From Azonexus sp. (GTDB lineage Bacteria; Pseudomonadota; Gammaproteobacteria; Burkholderiales; Rhodocyclaceae): 64,000 bases of DNA. Each line of letters begins with the position of its first letter. Positions within the stretch are counted from its first letter, which is position 1. The stretch is from contig JAYRYB010000002.1 in NCBI GenBank assembly GCA_041917165.1, forward strand, positions 337,327 to 401,326. The letters run 5' to 3'. The position numbers and the translations under genes are program-made. Positions 48,854 through 60,204 of this stretch are shown in pieces. Under the pieces are notes generated by a model that searched no databases, had not been told where the DNA came from, and worked only from the letters and a program-made list of their open reading frames with translations.

Positions 48854-50353
48854 ATGAACACAACTGTCTTCACCCGCAGGGATTTCCTGCACTTTCTCGC
48901 CGGTGCCGCATTTTTTGCGATGCTTGGGCTTATCGTCATGCAGGAGCTGCTGGGTGCAGCGACGACCTGGCTGGTCATCCGCCTGGCGCGCGGTATGGTC
49001 GATGGGCAGGTCGAGGCCGGCGCCTTCGGCTGGATCGTGGTTACCCAGACGCTTTCCTACGCCGCGGGCGCGGTGAGCTGGCTCTATGCCGAGCGGGCCG
49101 GTTTCTCTGCATTCGGCAGATATCTGCTGCAATTTGCCCGCCTCAACCGCTTCCAGGCCGGCCTGCTGGCGGATGCGGAGGTCCGCGAGGGCACCGAACC
49201 TTTCCTGACCAACGAAACATTCCGGGTCTGCTTCGACCTGATGTACGACCTCCAGTTTTATACGCGGCTGTTCTTCAATCTCGTCTTCAACGCCATCGTC
49301 TTCGGTATTGAAATCGACGCCGGCTTGCCGGCTGCTTACGGGCTGGCGTTTGCGGTGCTGGTCATTCTGCAATGGTTGTTACGCAAGCCGCTGGCAGCGG
49401 CCTACATGACCAACCAGCGCATGACCAACCGCATGCTGGCCCGAACCTATAACGCCTGGGACAACATTTTTGCCGGCAATCGTTACAACTTCGGGCTGTG
49501 GCATGCCGATTTCCGGGAGCGACTCGCCGCGGCACTACGGGCGCAGATCCGGGCCATCATGGCGCGCGAAGGCTGGAGCGCGCTGAGCGGCGTCATTGCT
49601 CTGCTCATCGTCCTTGGTGCTGCCGCCTGGGTGGCGGTGCAGGGCGCCGGCAACGCAGCACTGATGGTGGCGCTGGCGGCAACACTGCCGCGCCAGATCG
49701 AAATGACCGTCGACATGCATCAACTGACCGCCGGCATGACGGATCTGCTGGCCATCTGGACACGCCTGAAGGGGGTTTGCGAACACATGCAGCCCGTGGT
49801 CGGCAGCGACGTGCAGGCACGGATCGGCTTCGGCCAACTGGCCTTGCGCGATGAGCACCGAGCGCAGACCTGTGACTCGCTGGCCGCTGCGGTGAGCGTT
49901 GTGCTGGCGCGGCCGACTGGGATTGTTTCGGTGCGTGGCGGCAATGGTGCCGGCAAATCCAGCCTGCTGACGGCGCTGAAATGCCATTTCCGCGGCCAGG
50001 CCTACTACCTGCCGGCGCACGACCGGCTGGCCTACCGCTTTAACGTACTCGCGTCCGCGCCGCTTCCCCCGAGTGCCGATGCTGATGACGACGAGGACGA
50101 GGAACCGGAAGACATCGTGGCCGAGGAAGCGGCGCGCGAACGGTCTGGTTATTCGTCCGGCGAGCGTCAGTTGGCGGTACTGGCCGAAATCGTCCAGCGC
50201 ACGGCCGCGCCGCTATATCTGCTTGATGAATGGGATGCCAACCTCGATCCTGCAAATCGTCAGCGGGCGATGCTGCTGGTGGAACAACTGGCGCAGCGGG
50301 CGCGGGTCATGGAAATTTCCCACCGCGACCCGGACGATCAGTCCTCAGCTTGA
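48854..50353 (+). CDS. Atypical fused ABC exporter-like protein (TMD plus compact NBD)
   Basis: About six TM helices; Walker A GGNGAGKS, signature YSSGERQ, Walker B LYLLDEWDANLD, H-loop ISH. Confidence 0.75.
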   Translation: MNTTVFTRRDFLHFLAGAAFFAMLGLIVMQELLGAATTWLVIRLARGMVDGQVEAGAFGWIVVTQTLSYAAGAVSWLYAERAGFSAFGRYLLQFARLNRFQAGLLADAEVREGTEPFLTNETFRVCFDLMYDLQFYTRLFFNLVFNAIVFGIEIDAGLPAAYGLAFAVLVILQWLLRKPLAAAYMTNQRMTNRMLARTYNAWDNIFAGNRYNFGLWHADFRERLAAALRAQIRAIMAREGWSALSGVIALLIVLGAAAWVAVQGAGNAALMVALAATLPRQIEMTVDMHQLTAGMTDLLAIWTRLKGVCEHMQPVVGSDVQARIGFGQLALRDEHRAQTCDSLAAAVSVVLARPTGIVSVRGGNGAGKSSLLTALKCHFRGQAYYLPAHDRLAYRFNVLASAPLPPSADADDDEDEEPEDIVAEEAARERSGYSSGERQLAVLAEIVQRTAAPLYLLDEWDANLDPANRQRAMLLVEQLAQRARVMEISHRDPDDQSSA

Positions 50354-50737
50354 GGCGCGGCGGGCCAGTTCCTGCTGGCACTGGGCTTCGAACTGGCTGA
50401 TTTCGGCGAGCATGCTTTCGATATCTTCGCGCTGCTGCTGCAGGGCGAGGCGCCGCTTTTCCATGACCCGCACGCATTCGAGCAACTGGGGCGTTTCGTC
50501 CTCGGTCGAACTGTACATGCCGATCAAATCCTTGATGTCGGCCAGCGATAATCCAAGGCGTTTGCCGCGCAGGGCCATCTTCAATCGGGCACGGTCGCGG
50601 CGGGTGAAGACCCGTTTGTTGCCGGCGCGTTCTGGCGCGACGATGCCCTGATCTTCCCAGAACCGGATGGTGCGGGGGGTAATGCCGAACTCGCGGGCGA
50701 GGTCGGATATGGTGAAGGTCTGGCCTTGCTCGGTCAC
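50345..50737 (-). CDS. liuR: MerR-family regulator LiuR
   Basis: FTISDLAREFGITPRTIRFWED, RDRARL..LRGKRLGLSL; GTG start with GAGGA; adjacent to the liu cluster. Confidence 0.88.
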   Translation of the reverse strand: MTEQGQTFTISDLAREFGITPRTIRFWEDQGIVAPERAGNKRVFTRRDRARLKMALRGKRLGLSLADIKDLIGMYSSTEDETPQLLECVRVMEKRRLALQQQREDIESMLAEISQFEAQCQQELARRASS

Positions 50738-50851
50738 GCGATGGTCCTCAGGAAGTCGGGCAAGTAAATCAGAGAAAGCGGCTTCCGAAAAGGGGCTTCT
50801 TTCTATCCGGTACCGTATGGTAACTTGCCGGACTCGACCGAGAAATTCATC

Positions 50852-51892
50852 ATGACCCTGCATTACCCCTTCACCCGCGCGCCGGAATCCGGTTCCCTGA
50901 CCGAAGTGGCCGACGGCATTCTCTGGCTGCGCATGCCGCTGCCGTTCCAGCTCGACCACATCAACCTCTGGCTGTTGCGCGACGGTGACGGCTGGGTGAT
51001 CGTCGATACTGGCTTCCCCGACGACGCCGTTCGCGAAACCTGGTCCGGCATCATCGACCGCCTCGACGGTCCGGTGACCCGCATCGTCGTCACCCACTTC
51101 CACCCCGATCATCTTGGTCTTGCCGACTGGCTGATGGAAAAAACCGGTGCGCCGCTGTGGATGACCAGCGGTGAATTCCTGACCGCGCACGTGGTGTGGA
51201 ACGAAGTCGGTGGTCATGGCGCGCGCTTCATGGTTGAGCAGTTCCGGATGCACGGACTGGATGCCGAGCGCCTCGCTAAGTTCGAGAAGCGCGGATCGGG
51301 CTATCGCAAGGCGGTGCCGGCCTTGCCGCAACATTACCAGCGTCTGATGGCCGGTGATTCGCTCACGGTGAACGGCAAAAAATGGCGAATAATCATTGGT
51401 CACGGTCACTCCCCTGAACATATGGCGCTTTACTGCCCGGAACTTGACGTGTTAATTTCCGGCGACATGCTTTTGCCGAGAATTTCCACCAATATCAGTG
51501 TCTTCGCAGCGACGCCGGATGCCAATGCACTCGGCTGGTTTCTCGATTCCCTGGACACGATGGCCGCGGAAATTCCTGGTTCGGCACTGGTCTTGCCGTC
51601 GCACGGGCTGCCTTTCAGAGGTGTGCAGCCGCGCGTTGAGGCGCTGCACGCGCATCATGCGGACAGACTGGCCGCCCTGGAAAGCAGTTGTGAACAAGCG
51701 CCGAAGAGCGCAGCCGAGTTGCTCGACGTGTTGTTTAACCGGGCGCTCGATACGCACCAAACCATGTTCGCGATGGGGGAGGCGATTGCCCATCTGAACT
51801 ATCTTGAACAAGCCGGCCGGCTGTCGCGCAGCATCGACGCTGGCGGGGTGATTCGTTTTTCGCGGTTGCAGCCCGGGACCGCCGCAAACTGA
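50852..51892 (+). CDS. MBL-fold metallo-hydrolase
   Basis: LPFQLDHINLW, THFHPDH, GHSPEH, LPSHG. Confidence 0.9.
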   Translation: MTLHYPFTRAPESGSLTEVADGILWLRMPLPFQLDHINLWLLRDGDGWVIVDTGFPDDAVRETWSGIIDRLDGPVTRIVVTHFHPDHLGLADWLMEKTGAPLWMTSGEFLTAHVVWNEVGGHGARFMVEQFRMHGLDAERLAKFEKRGSGYRKAVPALPQHYQRLMAGDSLTVNGKKWRIIIGHGHSPEHMALYCPELDVLISGDMLLPRISTNISVFAATPDANALGWFLDSLDTMAAEIPGSALVLPSHGLPFRGVQPRVEALHAHHADRLAALESSCEQAPKSAAELLDVLFNRALDTHQTMFAMGEAIAHLNYLEQAGRLSRSIDAGGVIRFSRLQPGTAAN

Positions 51893-51909
51893 CAGAGGGA
51901 GCTTCAAGT

Positions 51910-53745
51910 ATGTCGCAGCAAACCAACGAACCGGCGGTCAATCTGCCGAACCCGGCCGAGCTGGCCAAGACCTATGCCGAGGTGGCCCAGCGTGCATCGC
52001 GCGTGATCACCCAGTACATGGAAAAGAAGGCCAAGGACGGCGTCGAAGCGCCGGCCGACGAGCTCGGCGTCGCCAAGGCCTTCATGGACCTGTCCGCCCG
52101 TCTGATGGCCAATCCGTACAAGCTGGCCCAGACCCAGATGAACATGATGTGGGACTACTTCTCGCTGTGGCAGGGTTCCATGATGAAGATGATGGGCATG
52201 CCCGGTGCTGCCCCGGTTGCTGCCCCGAAGAAGGGTGATAACCGCTTCAAGGACGAAGAGTGGGAGCAGCATTTCCTGTTTGACTACGTGAAGCAGTCAT
52301 ACCTGATCGCCGCCCGTCACATTCATGACACCGTCGCCGAAGCCGACGGCCTCGATGAAGCCACCCAGCAGAAGGTCAACTTCTTCACGCGTCAGTACGT
52401 CGACGCCATGTCGCCGTCCAACTTCGCACTGACCAACCCGGAAGTCTTCCGCGAGACCGTCAAGTCGCACGGCCAGAACCTGATCAAGGGCCTGAACAAC
52501 CTGCTGCACGACGTTGAAGCCGGCGATGGCCAGCTGCGCATCCGTATGACCGACACCTCGGCTTTCGAGATGGGCAAGAACGTTGCCACGACGCCGGGCA
52601 AGGTGGTGTTCCAGAACGAACTGTTCCAGCTGATCCAGTACGATCCGCAGACGCCGGACCAGTACAAGAAGCCCTTCCTGATCGTGCCGCCGTGGATCAA
52701 CAAGTACTACATCCTCGACCTGCGCGAGAAGAACTCGATGGTCAACTGGGCAACCAGCCAGGGCCACACCACCTTCATCATGTCCTGGATCAACCCGGAC
52801 GAGAAAATGGCACAGAAGTCCTTCGAGAACTACCTGCTCGAAGGCTCGCTGGAAGCCATCAATCAGGTTTGCGCCCACACCGGCGAAGACAGCGTCAATC
52901 TGGCCGGTTACTGCCTGGGCGGCACGCTGACCATGACCACGCTGGCCTATATGGCGGCCAAGAAGGACAAGCGCGCTAACTCCGCCACCTTCTTCACCAC
53001 CATGCTCGACTTCTCCGAGCCGGGCGAACTGGGTGTCTTCCTTGACGAAGGCGCAGTCGCCGGCCTGGAAAAGCGCATGGCTGAACGTGGTTTCCTCGAA
53101 GGCTCCGAAATGGCCGGCACCTTCAACATGCTGCGCGCCAATGACCTGATCTGGTCCTTCGTGGTCAACAACTACCTGATGGGCAAGGATCCGTTCCCGT
53201 TCGACCTGCTGTACTGGAACTCCGATTCAACGCGCATGCCGGCTGCAATGCACAGTTTCTACCTGCGCAACATGTACCTGGCCAACAAGCTGAAGGATCC
53301 GGGTGGCATCGAACTCGGCGGCGTCAAGATCGACATCAGCAAGGTCAAGACCCCCTGCTACTTCATCTCGACCATTGAAGATCACATCGCCCCTTGGAAG
53401 AGCACCTACATGGGCGCCCGTCTGCCGACCGGCAAGACCAAGTTTGTACTTGGCGGCTCGGGTCACATTGCCGGCATCGTCAATCCGCCGGCTGCCAACA
53501 AGTACGGTTTCTGGACCAATGACGCGACCGACGGCAACCTGCCGGAGAGCCCGGATGACTTCCTCGCCGGTGCGACGCAGAACGCCGGTTCGTGGTGGAC
53601 GCACTGGCACCAGTGGGTGACCAGCCTGCCGGGTGGCTCGACCAAGGTCAAGGCCCGCAAGCCGGAAGATGGCGCACTCAAGGTGATCGAACCCGCGCCG
53701 GGCAGCTACGTCAAGTTCCGTCTGGACGCCCAGAAGAAGAACTGA
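51910..53745 (+). CDS. phaC: Class I poly(3-hydroxyalkanoate) synthase
   Basis: PPWINKYYILDL, lipase box GYCLGG, DHIAPW, SGHIAG, APGSYV. Confidence 0.96.
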   Translation: MSQQTNEPAVNLPNPAELAKTYAEVAQRASRVITQYMEKKAKDGVEAPADELGVAKAFMDLSARLMANPYKLAQTQMNMMWDYFSLWQGSMMKMMGMPGAAPVAAPKKGDNRFKDEEWEQHFLFDYVKQSYLIAARHIHDTVAEADGLDEATQQKVNFFTRQYVDAMSPSNFALTNPEVFRETVKSHGQNLIKGLNNLLHDVEAGDGQLRIRMTDTSAFEMGKNVATTPGKVVFQNELFQLIQYDPQTPDQYKKPFLIVPPWINKYYILDLREKNSMVNWATSQGHTTFIMSWINPDEKMAQKSFENYLLEGSLEAINQVCAHTGEDSVNLAGYCLGGTLTMTTLAYMAAKKDKRANSATFFTTMLDFSEPGELGVFLDEGAVAGLEKRMAERGFLEGSEMAGTFNMLRANDLIWSFVVNNYLMGKDPFPFDLLYWNSDSTRMPAAMHSFYLRNMYLANKLKDPGGIELGGVKIDISKVKTPCYFISTIEDHIAPWKSTYMGARLPTGKTKFVLGGSGHIAGIVNPPAANKYGFWTNDATDGNLPESPDDFLAGATQNAGSWWTHWHQWVTSLPGGSTKVKARKPEDGALKVIEPAPGSYVKFRLDAQKKN

Positions 53746-53769
53746 TCGTCATTCAGATCGGTAACCAGG

Positions 53770-53797
53770 ACGGGAGGCTGCGGCCTCCCGTTTTTTT
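53770..53797 (+). terminator. Terminator after phaC
   Basis: ACGGGAGGC-TGC-GGCCTCCCG hairpin plus T7. Confidence 0.9.
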
Positions 53798-53852
53798 CGA
53801 ACTCTGTTTCGAGAGTCGGGTCTGACAAGAGCCTGAACAAAGGAGGTGCATC

Positions 53853-54401
53853 ATGCTTGCAGATTCCCCGGTTGTTACGGTTCATGTTCCCCCGCAATTA
53901 CGCTCGCTGGCCGGTGGCCATGCCGAAATCCTTGCCAGTGGCGATACCGTTGCGGAGGTTTTGGAAGCCGCTGCCCACGGCTACCCGGCGATGCGCGGCC
54001 ATCTGGTGGCGGCTGATGGCGCGCTGGCGCCCGGACTCGAGGTTTATCTCGGTGGGCGCAGCGTCAGCGAGATGCAGGGGCTGAAAACACCGATCGAGCT
54101 CGAAGAGCTGGTCAGTATCGTCCCGACCGGCTATCTCGCCGGTGAGTCAGCGTCCGGCGATCGGCAGTCGTGGCAGGCTGGGCAAGGACGGCCACTCGAC
54201 GGCGTCGAGCATGTTCTTCACCAGCAAGCCGAGTTCGGTGTCGCCGGTGATCTCCAGTTCGCGGTTGAAGAAGAGCGTGTCCGGGTCTTCCTGGCGGGCG
54301 AGCAACTGGAGGTAGGCCGACAGATTGGCGGAGAAAGCCAGGTCGGGCTCGCGATCGGGCCGGAAGACTGGGCGAAACGTGCCATTTCGATAGGTGAATG
54401 A
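53853..54401 (+). CDS. MoaD/ThiS-like ubiquitin-fold protein (3' end uncertain)
   Basis: RBS AAGGAGG; V.VP..LR.LAGG..TVAEVL..GL.TP..VSIVP; no terminal Gly-Gly and the ORF runs antisense into ubiT. Confidence 0.6.
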   Translation: MLADSPVVTVHVPPQLRSLAGGHAEILASGDTVAEVLEAAAHGYPAMRGHLVAADGALAPGLEVYLGGRSVSEMQGLKTPIELEELVSIVPTGYLAGESASGDRQSWQAGQGRPLDGVEHVLHQQAEFGVAGDLQFAVEEERVRVFLAGEQLEVGRQIGGESQVGLAIGPEDWAKRAISIGE

Positions 54402-54608
54402 CGCTTCGCCACCCGTATCCCGGACGCGGACGAAGAACAGCTTGTCGTTGAGTTCAGCCAGGCTGTCTTCCGGCAACAGCTTCATTTGCTTGGCGACATT
54501 GAGGCCGGCGATCAGCGCCAGTGCGTGTGGCCACTGCGGCAGCTTCTGGCCCAGACTGGCGATGAAGCCCGGCAGTTGAAACTTCGGGATGGTGAAGGCG
54601 TTCGACAT
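54147..54608 (-). CDS. ubiT: Anaerobic ubiquinone accessory factor UbiT (SCP2 domain)
   Basis: EDPDTLFFNR.L.I.GDTELGL.VKN. Confidence 0.9.
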   Translation of the reverse strand: MSNAFTIPKFQLPGFIASLGQKLPQWPHALALIAGLNVAKQMKLLPEDSLAELNDKLFFVRVRDTGGEASFTYRNGTFRPVFRPDREPDLAFSANLSAYLQLLARQEDPDTLFFNRELEITGDTELGLLVKNMLDAVEWPSLPSLPRLPIAGR

Positions 54609-54609
54609 G

Positions 54610-56525
<1,916 letters not shown>

Positions 56526-56580
56526 CGAAGGCTTCCGGATGAGTGAACGGGGCAGTATAGCCAGCCTTGTCACGCGCCCC

Positions 56581-56594
56581 TTGATCCTCGTCAA
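56581..56594. promoter_or_regulatory. FNR/ANR box upstream of ubiUVT
   Basis: TTGAT-CCTC-GTCAA (9/10 to TTGAT-N4-ATCAA); minus-strand TATACT at 56554-56559 puts its centre near -41. Confidence 0.75.
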
Positions 56595-56638
56595 ACAGGG
56601 GCGATATGCTAGACGTTATAGATCAACAGAAAGGCAAG

Positions 56639-58372
56639 ATGAATTCCCTCGTGCCATCCGATGCCGAGGCGCTCCAGCGGCACCATGTGCTGTCGCTGAC
56701 CCGGCCAGCCCGGCGTGTCGGGCTGCTGCTTGCCCTGGTGCTGGCGATACTGCCGCCCGGCCTGTATTTCCTGATCGAAGCCGAAAAGGCGAGCGAGCAG
56801 GTGGCGACCGAGGCGCGCGCCCAGGCCAATCTTGTGACGCGTGTTGTTGCCCGCCAGAGCGAGGATTGGGCGCAGCATCCCGAGGCCGTGTCGGCAGCGG
56901 TGATCGACGTCCGCCATCCCGCCCATCGCAGTGAGATCCATACCGCGGACGGCGCATTGGTATTGTCCATTGGCAATGATCAGGAGTGGCCGCAGCGCAC
57001 GGCCGTAGCGGAATTTCTCTACGGTGGCCGCGTCATCGGTGCCGTCACCGTGACCACCTCGCTGCGGCCGGAGCTTGGCTTCACGCTGCTGGTGTCGCTG
57101 GCCAGTGGCCTGTTTGGAGCGGTCTTGTTCTACCCGCTATATCGGCTGCATCTGCGCGGCCTGCGTCGGGCGAGCAGTGATCTGGCGCGCAGCGAGGCAC
57201 GATTTCGCGATCTGGCGACGATTTCCTCGGACTGGGTCTGGGAGCAGGATGCCAGTTTGCGTTTCGTCGACATGTCCTCAGGATTGCAACGGGCAGGCCT
57301 GAGCAGTCCGACGACACTTGGCAAGCTGCGCTGGGAGTTGCCCGTCCTGCTCGATGAAGCGGGCTGGGTGGAGCACAAGGCGACGCTGGCGGCACATCAG
57401 CCCTTCAGCAACTTCGAATATCCGATTCGCAATGAACGCGGTGAAATCCGCTGGTTTTCCATCTCTGGCAAGCCATTGTTCGACGATGATGGCCGTTTTG
57501 CCGGCTATCGCGGAACCGGGCGGGACGTCACCAGAGCCAAACTCGCCGAGGCCGAAGTTCGCTCGCATCGCGATACCTTGCAACGGGAGGTCGAGGCGCG
57601 AACCGCCGACCTCCAGCAGGCACTGGCCCAGGCTGAGCGCGCCAACCGGGCCAAGAGCGAGTTTTTGTCCAACATGTCGCATGAACTGCGCACGCCCTTG
57701 CATGGCATGTTGTCCTGCGCCCGCCTGGGGGGTGATCGCGTGGACAGTGCCGCACCAGAGAAGCTGCGTGAGTATTTCCGTCTGATTCATGAGAGCGGCC
57801 AGCGTTTGCTCGTCCTGCTGAACGACTTGCTTGATCTCGCCAAGCTGGAGGCTGGCAGGATGGAATTCCGCATGGCGCCTCTGGATCTTGCATCCATCGT
57901 CCGCAATGTTGCCGGTGAATTCGGCCCCCTGTTCGAGACACGCCAGCAGGCGGTGAAGCTGAGGCTTCCCGAGGCTGCCGCCATGCGCGGTGATGCCGAA
58001 CGGCTGGCGCAGGTGGTGCGCAACCTCTTATCCAACGCCGGCAAGTTTTCGCCGGCGGGGGCAGAGATCGGGGTCAGCCTCGAAATGGCTGAACTGGCGT
58101 CGGCACCTGCCTGGCAACTCAGTGTCGAGGATGCCGGGCCGGGTATCCCCGAGGCTGAACTGGCCACCATTTTCGAAAAATTTGTGCAATCCAGCCTGAC
58201 TGCCACCGGCGCCGGTGGCACGGGTCTTGGCCTTGCCATTTGTTACGAAATTGTTAATCATCATTGCGGTATGATCACGGCTGCCAACCGGCCCGCCGGT
58301 GGCGCCCGTTTCACTGTCCTGCTGCCGGCAACGCCGGTAGTATCCGGCCCACCGGAGATGCCTGGTGTCTAA
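56639..58372 (+). CDS. PAS-domain sensor histidine kinase
   Basis: Two TM helices, PAS (SDWVWEQD), FLSNMSHELRTPL, NLLSNA.KF, GGTGLGL. Confidence 0.92.
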   Translation: MNSLVPSDAEALQRHHVLSLTRPARRVGLLLALVLAILPPGLYFLIEAEKASEQVATEARAQANLVTRVVARQSEDWAQHPEAVSAAVIDVRHPAHRSEIHTADGALVLSIGNDQEWPQRTAVAEFLYGGRVIGAVTVTTSLRPELGFTLLVSLASGLFGAVLFYPLYRLHLRGLRRASSDLARSEARFRDLATISSDWVWEQDASLRFVDMSSGLQRAGLSSPTTLGKLRWELPVLLDEAGWVEHKATLAAHQPFSNFEYPIRNERGEIRWFSISGKPLFDDDGRFAGYRGTGRDVTRAKLAEAEVRSHRDTLQREVEARTADLQQALAQAERANRAKSEFLSNMSHELRTPLHGMLSCARLGGDRVDSAAPEKLREYFRLIHESGQRLLVLLNDLLDLAKLEAGRMEFRMAPLDLASIVRNVAGEFGPLFETRQQAVKLRLPEAAAMRGDAERLAQVVRNLLSNAGKFSPAGAEIGVSLEMAELASAPAWQLSVEDAGPGIPEAELATIFEKFVQSSLTATGAGGTGLGLAICYEIVNHHCGMITAANRPAGGARFTVLLPATPVVSGPPEMPGV

Positions 58373-59258
58373 AGAACGCGTATTGGTCGTGGATGATGAG
58401 CAGCTGAACCTGTTCATCATCGAAGAATTCCTCGAAGGCGAGGCGCTGCAGCTCGACGCCCACAGCGACCCGCTGGCCGCCTGGGATAGCCTGCAGTTTG
58501 CCGATCCGCCGTTCTCGCTGGTCATTCTCGACCGCATGATGCCCAACCTCGACGGCATGGAATTCCTGCGCCGGATGAAGGCCGAGCCGCGCTTTGCCGA
58601 CATCCCGGTCATCATGCAGACGGCCGCCTCGTCACCGGATCAGGTGCGCCAGGGGCTCGAGGCTGGCGCCTATTACTACCTCACCAAGCCTTACGAGCCT
58701 GAGGCACTGATTTCGATCACCCGGGCCGCACTCGAGGATAGGCGCAGCCGGCAGCAACTGATCAGTCGCGCCATCCGCCTTGAAGAAGCGCAGCGCCTGA
58801 TCAGCAATGTCGAATACCGTTTCGTTACGCTTGAGGATGTGGCCCATCTGGTGCCGGTGCTGGCTGCGATGTGCCCGCAACCGGAAGTCGTGGCGCCGGG
58901 CTTGTCCGACCTGATGGTCAACGCCGTCGAGCATGGCAATCTGGGCGTGACCTACCGCGAAAAATCCCTGCTCAAATGGGAGGGCGACTGGGAGGGGGAA
59001 ATCCGTCGCCGACTCGAATTGCCGCAGTTCAAGGGGCGGGTGGCGTCGGTTCGCGCCGAGTTATCGCCGCAGGCCATTGTCTTTACCATCACCGATCAGG
59101 GTGAGGGCTTCGACTGGCAGAAGTTCATGCAATTCGATCCGGAGCGTGCCTTCGACCCGAACGGGCGGGGCATTGCCATGGCCAAGGCGATGAGTTTCAG
59201 CAGTCTGTGCTATCAGGGCAAGGGCAACGTCGTCGTGGCTTCTGTCGCAGTGGCCTGA
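58365..59258 (+). CDS. Response regulator with C-terminal RsbW-like HATPase (anti-sigma kinase) domain
   Basis: VLVVDD, ILDRMMP, YLTKP; NAVEHGNLG, DQGEGFDW, NGRGI. Confidence 0.85.
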   Translation: MSKERVLVVDDEQLNLFIIEEFLEGEALQLDAHSDPLAAWDSLQFADPPFSLVILDRMMPNLDGMEFLRRMKAEPRFADIPVIMQTAASSPDQVRQGLEAGAYYYLTKPYEPEALISITRAALEDRRSRQQLISRAIRLEEAQRLISNVEYRFVTLEDVAHLVPVLAAMCPQPEVVAPGLSDLMVNAVEHGNLGVTYREKSLLKWEGDWEGEIRRRLELPQFKGRVASVRAELSPQAIVFTITDQGEGFDWQKFMQFDPERAFDPNGRGIAMAKAMSFSSLCYQGKGNVVVASVAVA

Positions 59259-59269
59259 GCCACTGCCAT

Positions 59270-59295
59270 AAAAAAACCGGCGCCGAAGCGCCGGT
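59270..59295 (-). terminator. Terminator of the Tim44-like gene
   Basis: Minus strand ACCGGCGC-TTC-GGCGCCGG hairpin plus T tract. Confidence 0.8.
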
Positions 59296-59316
59296 AGCAT
59301 TCACACGCGGGGGTAA

Positions 59317-60204
59317 TTACTGGACCTGCTGGATCCCGGCGATGACCCAGCCACGGCTGCCGTCGGTCGGCTTGGTCATGTGCCACATTTCGTCGAAGGG
59401 CTGCGGGGCCTGGCCATCTTCGCCGATCAGGCCGGTGAAGCGGACGCTGACAATGTAGCGGCTGCTTTCTTCCGTAACATCCACCACCTCGGCATTGAGT
59501 TGGGCGACGTCGGTCGTTTGGGCAGCACCCTTGCGCTCCGTGATCGCCATCTTGATTTCGGCGAACATTTCCGGCGAGGTGAATTCGCGGATGTCGTCGA
59601 GATTGCCGGCGTCGTTGGCGGCCTGCAGGCGGATGAAATTCACCTTGGCATTGCGGACGAAGCCTTCGACATCGAAGCCGGCTGGAATCGAAGCCATCGC
59701 GGCAGGGGCAGCGGCGGCGCTGGCATAGCTACCACCGGCCGGCGTGAAGTCCTGCGGCGGGGGCGATGCCTGACCGTAACCGGCGCCAGCCCCGGCGTAC
59801 TGCATGCCCTGATGGCCCTGTGCAGCGGCCTTCTTGCGCATGAAGAAACCAATGGCGGCAATGACGACCATGGCCAGCAGTGCGATCATCATGAAGTTGG
59901 CGAGTTCTTCACCGAAGCCGAAATGCGAGGCCAGCGCAGCGAGGCCGAGACCGGCGGCGAGACCGGCGAGCGGTCCCATCCACGAGCGCTTGGGCTGGGC
60001 GGCGGGCTGTCCGGCAGTGGCCGGCGCGGCAGCCTGACGCGGCGCCTGCGTTGGCGTAGCCTGGTTGGCGTTGTTCGGTGCGACGGACTGACGCTGCATG
60101 CCGGTCGAGCCACCACCGCCGAGGCGCTTGGCAGCTTCTGCATCGCTGATCGTCAGCGTGGCGCCGAGCACGAGTGCGGCAGCCATCAAGACGAAGTTTT
60201 TCAT
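59317..60204 (-). CDS. Tim44-like domain protein
   Basis: AEAAKRLGGG.S.G.Q, WMGPLAGLAAGLGL, FIRLQAANDAG, W.IAGIQQ. Confidence 0.88.
   Translation of the reverse strand: MKNFVLMAAALVLGATLTISDAEAAKRLGGGGSTGMQRQSVAPNNANQATPTQAPRQAAAPATAGQPAAQPKRSWMGPLAGLAAGLGLAALASHFGFGEELANFMMIALLAMVVIAAIGFFMRKKAAAQGHQGMQYAGAGAGYGQASPPPQDFTPAGGSYASAAAAPAAMASIPAGFDVEGFVRNAKVNFIRLQAANDAGNLDDIREFTSPEMFAEIKMAITERKGAAQTTDVAQLNAEVVDVTEESSRYIVSVRFTGLIGEDGQAPQPFDEMWHMTKPTDGSRGWVIAGIQQVQ

Noticed and set aside
50738-51421. Long N-terminal extension of LiuR in the ORF track
   Set aside because: Antisense to the MBL hydrolase gene; a GTG with RBS at 50737 gives a normal-sized MerR protein
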